DNA of 64,000 nt, taken from the IMG/VR virus record IMGVR_UViG_3300045988_169015, positions 78,001 through 142,000 of that record; one strand, 5' to 3'. The notes beneath the pieces are model-generated. The model was given only the letters and a program-made list of their open reading frames with translations, was not told where the DNA came from and did no database searches. A program made the position numbers and the translations under genes. Source of the DNA: a virus. Of the stretch, positions 1-7,997 are shown in pieces; position 1 is the stretch's first letter; each line of letters opens with the position of its first letter.

Positions 1-209
1 TCCCTGTCATATTCGATATCTCCTCTTAATGAGACCTTATCAGGATCGATTCCGAATTCATTGGCGATGTTGCGGAAGCTGCGTCTTTCGCAGTAGCTCA
101 TATCAGGGTGTGCTTCATCTGAAACAGCGTGCTCGATCCTGTTGAAAAAATCTGTAAGTGCATCATCATTTCCAAAAAATCTTATCTGTGTAGAGCAAAT
201 GTTAGCCAT
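1..209 (-). CDS. hypothetical protein, N-terminal part only (gene runs off the left edge)
   Basis: ATG at 209-207 with GGAGG (rc of 218-222) 8 nt upstream; frame stays open to position 1; begins MANICSTQIRFFGNDD. Confidence 0.5.
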   Translation of the reverse strand, partial: MANICSTQIRFFGNDDALTDFFNRIEHAVSDEAHPDMSYCERRSFRNIANEFGIDPDKVSLRGDIEYDR

Positions 210-268
210 AATAGTTACCTCCAAATTCCATAAGCAGATAATCATAAAAACTTTTATCAGTGGTTGAA

Positions 269-493
269 TTACCATGTAATGCGTTTGGGTATAAATTCAA
301 TTTCTGCATTGCTATATGCAGTTATACAGTCTATCGGTGTATCAGGTTCGCCATCGAAATTTTGATATTTTGTGCATATTTTTGGCTCATGATCTTTGCG
401 AGGATCAACATCAACAAATAACTTTCCGTTTTCGTTTTTATAAACGGGTCTGTTGTAACTGTCGTTTCCAATATAAATTAATGTTATTCTCAT
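269..493 (-). CDS. hypothetical protein (74 aa)
   Basis: ORF track 269..496; ATG at 493 with GGAGG 8 nt upstream; its start overlaps the stop of a 14-codon upstream mini-ORF (493..537). Confidence 0.65.
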   Translation of the reverse strand: MRITLIYIGNDSYNRPVYKNENGKLFVDVDPRKDHEPKICTKYQNFDGEPDTPIDCITAYSNAEIEFIPKRITW

Positions 494-596
494 CAAAAAA
501 TCCTCCTATCAAATGTGAATTTTACTATCTTTTTCATTATTTATAACCTCCATTAAACAATTATTTTGTTTTGCAATTAGCATAACAAGATGTTTT

Positions 597-1683
597 CTAC
601 AAAGGTTTAGATGTATTGGAGGAGAGTGTCCGTGACACCCGCTGATAAGCGGGGTGTAACTGGACTGATCGCCTCCTATAGTACAAAGCTATTATGCTGA
701 TTGCAGTTATCAAAACCGAGCCTGGCGGCAATTTACTAAAACAGTTTAGATATGAGGGATCTGAAACGTCGGGCACTTGTCAGGTATGAATAGTGCCCGT
801 CGGTGTAAGATCCCGAAATGCAGTTTGCCAAACTCGGTTATGCAGCCGGAATATCCATGGTATCGCTAAAGGAATTTAGATATGAACCTTCTGAAAGAAG
901 AGTCATCGACGCTTCAATCAACGAAGTTGATTGAGGGTCATCGACTCATCTTTCGAAGGTGCAGTGCATATTGGATATCACGGTTACTGAATTTAATTGA
1001 AGTGCTTATTGTATTGCTGAAAGATTTTTAGATACAATGTCGTGGGTGCATCTTGAAGCTCGCACGTTTGCGAGCGGTTTTGTGATGATTCTCAATGACA
1101 TTATTGCATTTAAGGTGCTGCAATTATTTATATATATTTCCTGACCGCCGAATTTTCGCTAAAAGCATTTAGATAACATGTATCACGGAGATGAGAAACA
1201 TCCAGCAGTGTGCTGGATGGCTCTCATCTGAGGGATTACATGTTTGCATTAGGACGGACAGAAATCAGATCAGCAATTTCCGGCAGCAGTTGTTCGCTAA
1301 ATTGATTTAGATAATACCATCTTGTCTGAGGAAAGAGTACTGGGAGTGTCCCAGTACATTTCTTCGGACCAGATGCGTATTTGCATTTTGCCGCCGGGAA
1401 TTAAGAAATCATAACACCGAATTGTCGCTAAAGTAATTTAGATATAAAGAATCACGACAGCGGCGTGAAGCGATGGGTGACGCATCACGAGCGCCGAGGG
1501 AGGGATTATTGATTGCATTTTGTGTTATGAATTAGGAATTATTCGGCTTGTGGAAACATATGCTTACTAAAGATATTTAGATAAGAGGCAGCATAAACGA
1601 TCTCGAACTCTGGAGGTCTCCAGGATGAGAAGATCGTGTTGCTGCGGACTTGAATGTTGTTTCCGCAAGTCGTTTTGCAGTTA
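597..1683. repeat. tandem array of 8 structured units (conserved CTAAA-N4-TTTAG-ATA box + unit-specific long hairpin + TTGCAKT)
   Basis: TTTAGAT at 606, 745, 875, 1027, 1168, 1306, 1437, 1576 (period 130-152 bp). Units are approx 597-707, 736-824, 866-965, 1017-1110, 1159-1250, 1297-1387, 1428-1519, 1567-1683. The box is followed directly by a 65-95 nt imperfect hairpin, e.g. unit 5 ACATGTA..AGATGAGA..CATCCAGCA-gtg-TGCTGGATG..TCTCATCT..TACATGT. Each unit ends at TTGCA[TG]T (ATGCAGT and GTGCAGT in units 2 and 3). No consistent ORFs. Confidence 0.85.
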
Positions 1684-1983
1684 GTGATTTGCCGCTATAG
1701 CGTCCAGCTCAGATTGGAATTCGGACACAACATATTCGGCGTCGTAATGCCACTGCTCATCGTTGTTTCTGCAGTCCTCATACATGTCTAATATGTCACG
1801 CCAAAGTTCCTGATTTGCAGTTACCTTTTCCTGCGTCTGAGCGCCATACTCTTCTTCGATAGTCATCGCCATATCTTCTGCGTTGTATTCACTCTTGACG
1901 AATTTATAAACATCGAAAGCATCGTAAGAACTAAGCACTGTGCCGTTGACAACGTATTCGCCATTACTGTTTCGTGTTACCAT
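1681..1983 (-). CDS. hypothetical protein (100 aa), embedded between repeat units 8 and 9
   Basis: ORF track; SD ACGGAGG 7 nt upstream of ATG; its TAA stop is part of a TAACTGCAA motif copy. Confidence 0.75.
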   Translation of the reverse strand: MVTRNSNGEYVVNGTVLSSYDAFDVYKFVKSEYNAEDMAMTIEEEYGAQTQEKVTANQELWRDILDMYEDCRNNDEQWHYDAEYVVSEFQSELDAIAANH

Positions 1984-2036
1984 ATGTATTCCTCCGTTAC
2001 AATTATAATAGTATAACTCTCAGCCGCAGCGATTTA

Positions 2037-2153
2037 CTAAAACCATTTAGATTAAGAGTCCGTGATTTACGAGCATCGTACGGGAGTGATAACTGTCGTC
2101 GATGCTTATAAATCCGGATGATATGCACTTTGCTGACTGAGAGTTTGCAGTTA
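2037..2153. repeat. ninth copy of the structured unit, separated from the array by one gene
   Basis: CTAAA-acca-TTTAG-AT at 2037-2052; nested hairpin TCCG/GATTTA/AGCATCG...CGATGCT/TAAATC/CGGA; ends TTGCAGTTA at 2145-2153. Confidence 0.8.
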
Positions 2154-2158
2154 TTTTT

Positions 2159-2989
2159 TTATTCCATATTCGCAAAAGGATCGCTGAGGCTGATGTAGTT
2201 TTCCGCCATAGAAACCTTAAGTGCCTTATAGAAATAGTAGTCGGGTGACTGAATCTCGAGTCTGAGTTTTCTGAGGGCATTCTCTCTGGTGTAAACTTCA
2301 TCGAACCAGTGAAGAATAAATCTTCCGTCAAACATGATATAGTTTTTGAGAGTATAATAAGCGCCAGCCTTCTTGAAGCTGCGAATAAACGCATCAGCAA
2401 GCTCGTGGTTCTTGAAGTATCTGCCGCCCTTCATGCCTGTGCCTTCGGGGATATCAAACGCTCTCTTTGCAATTACCAGTTCAATAGCCTCTGCAATTAC
2501 AGCGAAGTCTGAGTATGACCAAGCGGTATTTATAAGGCTCTGAAGACTGGGCTGGAACTCCTTAGCGAAGTTCATAAATATATCGGCGATGCTATTCACA
2601 TCAAAGAAATGCTTGCGCTCTTCAAATGCAACGGGGTCGTTATCTTTGAGGTGAGCCAGCAGCTTAGCTTCCTTACAGGTATAGAGGATACTGTACTTAT
2701 AGGTATAGAAATTTGCGATTACCTGATTGATACTTGTGGTGACACTCTCCTGTCTCATAAGTCTAATGAACTGAGCGGAGATCCAACGTCTTGTTGTTCT
2801 GGGGTTATAGACTTCGCCGCAGATCGTCTTGCCAAAATACTTACCGTGCGCAGGAATTGAGTTATCATTGTCGGCAGGGATTGGAGTATTAGCCATATCG
2901 AGCATTGACTTTGCCACCAGTTTTGCGAACTCATTCATATCGAGGTTGCTGTTGTTAAGGTTAACGTTGTTCGTGTTGTTGTTAGTCAT
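2159..2989 (-). CDS. hypothetical protein (276 aa), third gene of the RT operon
   Basis: ORF track; SD AAAAGGAG upstream; no motif recognised. Confidence 0.8.
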   Translation of the reverse strand: MTNNNTNNVNLNNSNLDMNEFAKLVAKSMLDMANTPIPADNDNSIPAHGKYFGKTICGEVYNPRTTRRWISAQFIRLMRQESVTTSINQVIANFYTYKYSILYTCKEAKLLAHLKDNDPVAFEERKHFFDVNSIADIFMNFAKEFQPSLQSLINTAWSYSDFAVIAEAIELVIAKRAFDIPEGTGMKGGRYFKNHELADAFIRSFKKAGAYYTLKNYIMFDGRFILHWFDEVYTRENALRKLRLEIQSPDYYFYKALKVSMAENYISLSDPFANME

Positions 2990-3032
2990 AATAAATTTCT
3001 CCTTTTAATATGTATGGTTTATGGTTTTCGGG

Positions 3033-3476
3033 TTACTGGATATAGCTGCGATAGATTATGAAACTATCGGTCAGTTTACGGAACCAGCCGGGCGTTTCCC
3101 ATTTAAGGGTACCGTTAAGACTTCCGATTATAATAGCGGCACAAAGCTTTGCGTGCATTACATCTCGGTTATCGTTACGGTAAAAGTCGGTCATGCTCAG
3201 CTCATCGGCAGACAGAGGTTTAAACAGGTAAGTCTTGCGGCTGTTCTCACTGCTCGGTGACGAATGAATAAAGTTCTCGTAAAGAGTTACCAGATCGTCA
3301 TAGCCGGACACAGGAGACCCCAACGAGTCGATAACTTCGCCGCCTATCATATCAGCTACAAGCTTGCCGTTTTCCATTACGACACGCTTATCTATTCTGA
3401 TATTCTTTTTGACCAGATCGAACCTGAGCTTATGCCCCGATTCTGATTTTGCAATTAACGCATCATACAGCGTCAT
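3033..3476 (-). CDS. hypothetical protein (147 aa), translationally coupled to the RT
   Basis: ATG at 3476 with AAAGGAGG 9 nt upstream, lying inside the last 14 nt of the RT gene (track start 3485 is a GTG). Confidence 0.75.
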   Translation of the reverse strand: MTLYDALIAKSESGHKLRFDLVKKNIRIDKRVVMENGKLVADMIGGEVIDSLGSPVSGYDDLVTLYENFIHSSPSSENSRKTYLFKPLSADELSMTDFYRNDNRDVMHAKLCAAIIIGSLNGTLKWETPGWFRKLTDSFIIYRSYIQ

Positions 3477-4842
3477 GTATAACACCTCCTTTTATTTTGT
3501 TTATCTCGCTCAGCCAGAGTTCGTGGTCGGTATGATAGACTTTGTACATATGATTAAGGCTGTACCAACCGGCAGCCCTTACCATATCTATTCCGTCTGC
3601 CACAGTCCTTTTCCTGTTGGCTTTAACGTTTATTCCTTTCTGGAACTGGATCGTGTAATTGGGGTTATTATCTGTAGAACCGAGACCCCAAACCTTATTG
3701 CGACCTGTTATCACTGCTCTTAAACAATCTTTACAATACCTGTCTATCATGTCGATATCATGTTTGCAGTTAACGGTTCCGAACAGATACTGACACATGC
3801 CGAACTGGTTGCTGTTCTCTTCATATGCAAGGAACAGATACCTCTGGAGCCGCCTGCATATCCGCTTGGTCTCCGCTTCGGTAGCCGGTCTTTTGTGTTC
3901 TCTGCTCCACTGTATCGTTTCAGATTTTATATGCTGCTCGATACCTCTGAGAGTTTTTGCAGACACAGTTATCAAGTCGCCACGTATCTTAAAGCCCAGA
4001 AACTCGAACCAGTCTTTATCTGCCTGTAACGCTTTGACCTTTTTGGGATTAAGAGTTACACCCTTTGGTTCGAGCATCTGCTTTATAACTTCGAGGGCGT
4101 GGTCAGCTTCCCTGCCGAGGATTATGATATCGTCAGAATAGCGATAATAGATAACATCCATATTACTTATGGTCTCATCTATATCTCTCAAGCACAGGTC
4201 AGCCAGCAGACAGGCGATAGGATTGCCCTGACTTAGTGATTTATATCTGTATTCGGGTTTTCCGTTTATGATTATAGTATCGTCGTGATAATGTTTAATT
4301 ACTATGTTATCGATACAATCCTTATCGGGAGTTATGATATCGAGTGTTCTGTCAAGCGTTTCACGATTTACGGTATCAAAGAACTTGCTCAGGTCAAGCT
4401 TGTATCCTTTGTACCATTTCTTACGGTTCATCTCACTGACAAGAGCCTTTACGGTCTTGCCGGCTGACAGTCCCCTGCGGTAAGAAACGCAGTTAGGATG
4501 TATCAGGTGGTGAAAATCGTCGTAATACATCTTATAGAATGTATTGCACAGAACTCGGTCAAACGTTTCGAGAACTGCAAGCTTGCGGACTTCTTCAAAG
4601 TTTCGCTTCTCTGCTTCGGCGAATGTCAACCAGTTGTCTGTAAGCTTGTCAATGTACATCTCTACAGGGGCTTTGAACTCGATTTTGCAATTAGCGATAA
4701 GGTCGCCTGCAAGAGCCCACGCTGCATCTTGCGAAAACGTGGACAGCACGCACATATCGAGTCCCTTGCGGTCGATGTGCAAAAGCGCTCTTTCATGCAG
4801 CTCTCGGTCGTTCACAAACCGTTCAAGTTTATTCGGTTTCAT
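3463..4842 (-). CDS. reverse transcriptase (RNA-directed DNA polymerase), unclassified group
   Basis: 459-aa ORF. RT motifs read by eye: KLDLSKFFDTV (motif 2), SLSQGNPIACLLADLCL (motif 4), YYRYSDDIIILG (YxDD), LNPKKVK (motif 6), FEFLGFKI (motif 7), plus about 180 aa of C-terminal extension. SD GGAAAGGAG. Confidence 0.9.
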   Translation of the reverse strand: MKPNKLERFVNDRELHERALLHIDRKGLDMCVLSTFSQDAAWALAGDLIANCKIEFKAPVEMYIDKLTDNWLTFAEAEKRNFEEVRKLAVLETFDRVLCNTFYKMYYDDFHHLIHPNCVSYRRGLSAGKTVKALVSEMNRKKWYKGYKLDLSKFFDTVNRETLDRTLDIITPDKDCIDNIVIKHYHDDTIIINGKPEYRYKSLSQGNPIACLLADLCLRDIDETISNMDVIYYRYSDDIIILGREADHALEVIKQMLEPKGVTLNPKKVKALQADKDWFEFLGFKIRGDLITVSAKTLRGIEQHIKSETIQWSREHKRPATEAETKRICRRLQRYLFLAYEENSNQFGMCQYLFGTVNCKHDIDMIDRYCKDCLRAVITGRNKVWGLGSTDNNPNYTIQFQKGINVKANRKRTVADGIDMVRAAGWYSLNHMYKVYHTDHELWLSEINKIKGGVIHDAV

Positions 4843-4958
4843 TTATCTCTTCTCCTTTCCGATTATTCTTATTACAGTTATCAGTTCATCGTCATACAGA
4901 TAACATTCGCAGTCATCTCCATGACGGCATGATGTTGTCCCCTTGTCATCATATACAG

Positions 4959-5126
4959 TTATTCTTCTTCCACCTCCCAAGTATCTGTTTCTGCATCGTC
5001 AAGATAGAGATTACAGTTATTATAAAATGATTTCTCTGCCGCTTTCACCGCTGCATCTTTATTTTCAGCTTCGATGTGAAGCGTTGTATATCCAGTTACT
5101 AAAAGTGTTACACTGTACTTCTTCAT
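4959..5126 (-). CDS. hypothetical small protein (55 aa)
   Basis: Below the track cut-off. ATG at 5126 overlaps the upstream TGA (ATGA); GGAGG 7 nt upstream; MKKYSVTLLVTGYTTLHIEAENKDAAVKAAEK... Confidence 0.5.
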   Translation of the reverse strand: MKKYSVTLLVTGYTTLHIEAENKDAAVKAAEKSFYNNCNLYLDDAETDTWEVEEE

Positions 5127-5371
5127 TTATAAGCCTCCTCTACTGTATATGTAACGATGTTACCGTCGGTCAGACTTATTGTTTTCAGATTCTCCCTTTC
5201 GTCGCACGTTTCATCTACGTGTATGTGAAGGTTGTCATATTCCAATAAGTCAAGGCAGTATGCCCTCTGCAGTTCTTCAACTGCGGTATCATAATCATCG
5301 CAGAGCTGAACAAGAAGTATGCCGTCATAAGCACTGCGAATAATTACAGCATAACCTATCTGATTCATCAC
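5123..5371 (-). CDS. hypothetical protein (82 aa)
   Basis: ORF track; GTG 5371 or ATG 5368; packed head to tail with neighbours. Confidence 0.7.
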   Translation of the reverse strand: MMNQIGYAVIIRSAYDGILLVQLCDDYDTAVEELQRAYCLDLLEYDNLHIHVDETCDERENLKTISLTDGNIVTYTVEEAYK

Positions 5372-5374
5372 CTA

Positions 5375-5548
5375 TCACTTCTCCTTTATAGATATGATTA
5401 CATTTTTCCTAACCTTGAAATTATCGAAAACGAATAACATCTTTGTTTCCTTTTCAAATTTTCCGGTTAGAATAACGTCGCACGTCACCAGCGGTTTCGT
5501 ATGGACTTTTATTCTTTTGGTTATTTCATATGACTGACCTATGTTCAT
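5375..5548 (-). CDS. hypothetical small protein (57 aa)
   Basis: Below the track cut-off; ATG at 5548 preceded by TAACTGCAAAAGGAGAACGAGA; MNIGQSYEITKRIKVHTKPL... Confidence 0.55.
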   Translation of the reverse strand: MNIGQSYEITKRIKVHTKPLVTCDVILTGKFEKETKMLFVFDNFKVRKNVIISIKEK

Positions 5549-5567
5549 TCTCGTTCTCCTTTTGCAG

Positions 5568-6143
5568 TTACGGTCTTAATGACCACTTGACTGTTTTGAT
5601 AAATGTTTCCTCAAAATAGTTATCGAGGCCGAAGCGATAGTTATTATAGACTTCTTTCATATCGCTCTTACTGAACCCGGTTTCGTCAAGGATATCTTCT
5701 ATACCGTCGCTGCCGTAAAAACCGCCACAGCTGTATAATGGCCCATCGAATTCATACAAGGTGTACCCGTACACCTCGCCGCTCGCATACTGATTGAGTG
5801 CCTCTATTTCGCCCTGCAAAACTGTTTTCGCAGTTGCAATTGTAGAATCGTCAACCTTTCCGTATTCTTTTTCGATCTCATCATAGGTGACATAGATAAG
5901 ACCGCATATTCCGCTGTCCCATCTGTCGCCAAAATCCGAAAGTGAAAATGTTACTCCGCTATGTACGTAAGCATACACAGGATACTGAACTCTTTTGATA
6001 CCGGAAAGTGCAGTTGTCAGCTCCTGAAATGATTTGTAGTTATGCTTGTCTCCGTAAGCTCTTGTATCTCTTCCAAAGAGAATCAGATGTCCGAGACTGT
6101 CCCATTCTCTCGGTGATTCGCAGTCGTAATCTTTATAAATCAC
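5568..6143 (-). CDS. hypothetical protein (191 aa)
   Basis: ORF track; GTG start overlaps the TGA of an 18-codon upstream mini-ORF (GTGA); contains a CESPREWDSLG segment. Confidence 0.75.
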   Translation of the reverse strand: MIYKDYDCESPREWDSLGHLILFGRDTRAYGDKHNYKSFQELTTALSGIKRVQYPVYAYVHSGVTFSLSDFGDRWDSGICGLIYVTYDEIEKEYGKVDDSTIATAKTVLQGEIEALNQYASGEVYGYTLYEFDGPLYSCGGFYGSDGIEDILDETGFSKSDMKEVYNNYRFGLDNYFEETFIKTVKWSLRP

Positions 6144-6211
6144 AAGAGTGTTTTACCTTTTGTACCTACCATAACAATTTCATTATTGCATACCATATTG
6201 AATGCCTCCTA

Positions 6212-6913
6212 TTACCACCAAGGACAAAATACTGTCTTGCCATTTTCCCATTTTTCCAAAAACTCTTCACTTAAACCACCTGTCTTACATAAGGTCTCTA
6301 TTACCCTCTCGTCTCCACAATAAGAACAATTTTCCGGAAGTGCATCCCAACCCGCATCTGTCAATCCCTTACGCTGATAACAAATCTCTTCAAGATTTAC
6401 AACATAAACCACCTCATACTGCTCCACTATGTATTTACCGTTATATTTTCGTCCGCCACTTTCTGTGAAACTATTTTCGAAAATTACCTCTGCTTTGTAT
6501 GTAGCAGTTTCAACATCCTCTTCCTTTAATTCCACATTACATTTTATTGCAAAGCCATCATCTTGCTGTACAACAGTTGAATTGCCTGTTTTCACTTTAT
6601 AGTCTTTCTTAATGGTTATGTATAGCATATTAACTGTTTGATTATCACAATATTTTACACCACCATATTTAGATGTTATAACCATATCGCTTGTAAGACC
6701 CATAACATCTATAAGTATCTGCTTGATCTCTATATACCATTTCTTTATTTCACCTTTTACTAAATACTCTTTATATGGAAATGCAATATATTCCTCTTCG
6801 TTAAATAAGACCAGTCCATCTTCTTCTCGGGTATAAATCTCATCTTCCGTTAAACTAAAACCCTCTGCTATATCAGGTTTACTTACTTCATATAAATACA
6901 TATCAAGTCCCAT
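6212..6913 (-). CDS. hypothetical protein (233 aa)
   Basis: ORF track; SD GAAAGGAGAA upstream. Confidence 0.8.
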   Translation of the reverse strand: MGLDMYLYEVSKPDIAEGFSLTEDEIYTREEDGLVLFNEEEYIAFPYKEYLVKGEIKKWYIEIKQILIDVMGLTSDMVITSKYGGVKYCDNQTVNMLYITIKKDYKVKTGNSTVVQQDDGFAIKCNVELKEEDVETATYKAEVIFENSFTESGGRKYNGKYIVEQYEVVYVVNLEEICYQRKGLTDAGWDALPENCSYCGDERVIETLCKTGGLSEEFLEKWENGKTVFCPWW

Positions 6914-6933
6914 AGGTATTTTCTCCTTTCAAA

Positions 6934-7293
6934 TTATACAATAGCCCATGTCACACCGTGATAAACATCATTAAGGGTACAGATGGGTACGTAAAGTATT
7001 TCTGCATTATCCCAAGATTTAAGTTCATTTTCTTCGATAACTCTAATTTTTAAACGCAAGTCAAAATAATCGGCTACGTCTCCAACATCATCAGCTTTAC
7101 CCCACCATATCGCTTTGCGAAGTTGATAAGCAGCTGAAAGATATTTTACAATTCCATCACGAAACAATGGATAATTGTCATTGATATTAAATTCACCATC
7201 GTTATTTGTTATCTGTTCTATCAGATACTGTCCGAGACCGTTAAGCTCTCTACCAAAATCATTATCGTGCAGAGTTATTTCAAGATACTTCAT
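6934..7293 (-). CDS. hypothetical protein (119 aa)
   Basis: In-frame ATG at 7293 preceded by AAAAGGAGGACTGCAA; the track ORF 6934..7374 over-extends into the upstream gene. Confidence 0.7.
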   Translation of the reverse strand: MKYLEITLHDNDFGRELNGLGQYLIEQITNNDGEFNINDNYPLFRDGIVKYLSAAYQLRKAIWWGKADDVGDVADYFDLRLKIRVIEENELKSWDNAEILYVPICTLNDVYHGVTWAIV

Positions 7294-7307
7294 TTGCAGT
7301 CCTCCTT

Positions 7308-7709
7308 TTATGCAGTTCTTATCAGTCCGCCGAACATCGGTGTCACTCCAATGCTTCCCATATCGGAACACCATTCGTCGTCGAGGTTTATAACCATTGC
7401 AATAGGGTAGCCTGCTTTGATATCCTTGTTATCCATTTCCCATTCCTCTTCATACTGACTTACAAACAGCATAGAAAAGCAGCGCCCGAAATGTGTCGGG
7501 GTATAAATGGCGTGATATACAAGTGCATTGTGCTCGGCTTCAAATTTTTCGATTATCTTCTGTTCATCTTCATTTGCCCAGTAGAGAGCACCCATCTGCT
7601 TGCTGACGTTTACTCTCCCCTGCTTTAAGTCTGCGATTGTGTTTTTATGAAGCTTCAGTGCTTTCATTCTTTCGATTGCTTCTGTGAGCTGCTGTTCTTT
7701 TGTTACCAT
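7308..7709 (-). CDS. hypothetical protein (133 aa)
   Basis: ATG at 7709 with AAGGAGG 8 nt upstream (track start 7736 is upstream of the SD). Confidence 0.75.
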   Translation of the reverse strand: MVTKEQQLTEAIERMKALKLHKNTIADLKQGRVNVSKQMGALYWANEDEQKIIEKFEAEHNALVYHAIYTPTHFGRCFSMLFVSQYEEEWEMDNKDIKAGYPIAMVINLDDEWCSDMGSIGVTPMFGGLIRTA

Positions 7710-7780
7710 AATAATTTCCTCCTTACTCGGTTTCAATAAGATTTACAATGAGCATAATAATCGCAATTACAAAACTCAAA

Positions 7781-7990
7781 TTACCACTCCCTTGATAGTA
7801 CATCTCCATGAGGCATTCTTTTCCTCCTCCTGCAGATATCTTCGGCTATCTCCCGCATAAGCTCATAACTGTAATTCTCGGGACAGCTTTTTATATATTT
7901 GACAGACGACTTACAGATAGAACATCTGCCTTTTGTGTTATAAGCACACTCAGTGCAGATGCCGTTATCAAACCCTGTTTTCGTAGGCAT
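7781..7990 (-). CDS. small Cys-rich protein (69 aa)
   Basis: ATG at 7990 with AAAGGAG upstream, just after the stop of 7998..9380; CTEC...CSIC...C pattern. Confidence 0.65.
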   Translation of the reverse strand: MPTKTGFDNGICTECAYNTKGRCSICKSSVKYIKSCPENYSYELMREIAEDICRRRKRMPHGDVLSREW

Positions 7991-7997
7991 CACTCCT

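Noticed and set aside
597-1683. CRISPR array
   Set aside because: The conserved part is a short palindromic box rather than a 25-40 nt identical repeat. The variable parts are 65-95 nt self-complementary hairpins rather than spacers. The period varies from 130 to 152 bp, and no cas genes are nearby.
1159-1683. Hammerhead-like GATGAGA segments in units 5 and 8
   Set aside because: Only a fragment of the CUGAUGA box is present, and no matching GAAA / cleavage-site arrangement could be drawn. It is most likely coincidence.
2159-4842. Diversity-generating retroelement, group II intron or classical retron around the RT
   Set aside because: I found no pair of roughly 100-bp near-identical template/variable repeats. 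There is no GUGYG 5' end or domain V-like hairpin flanking the RT. The RT lacks the remembered retron VTG and DGR SQ..AN signatures. The array units might still be retron-like, and that is reported as a finding rather than asserted.
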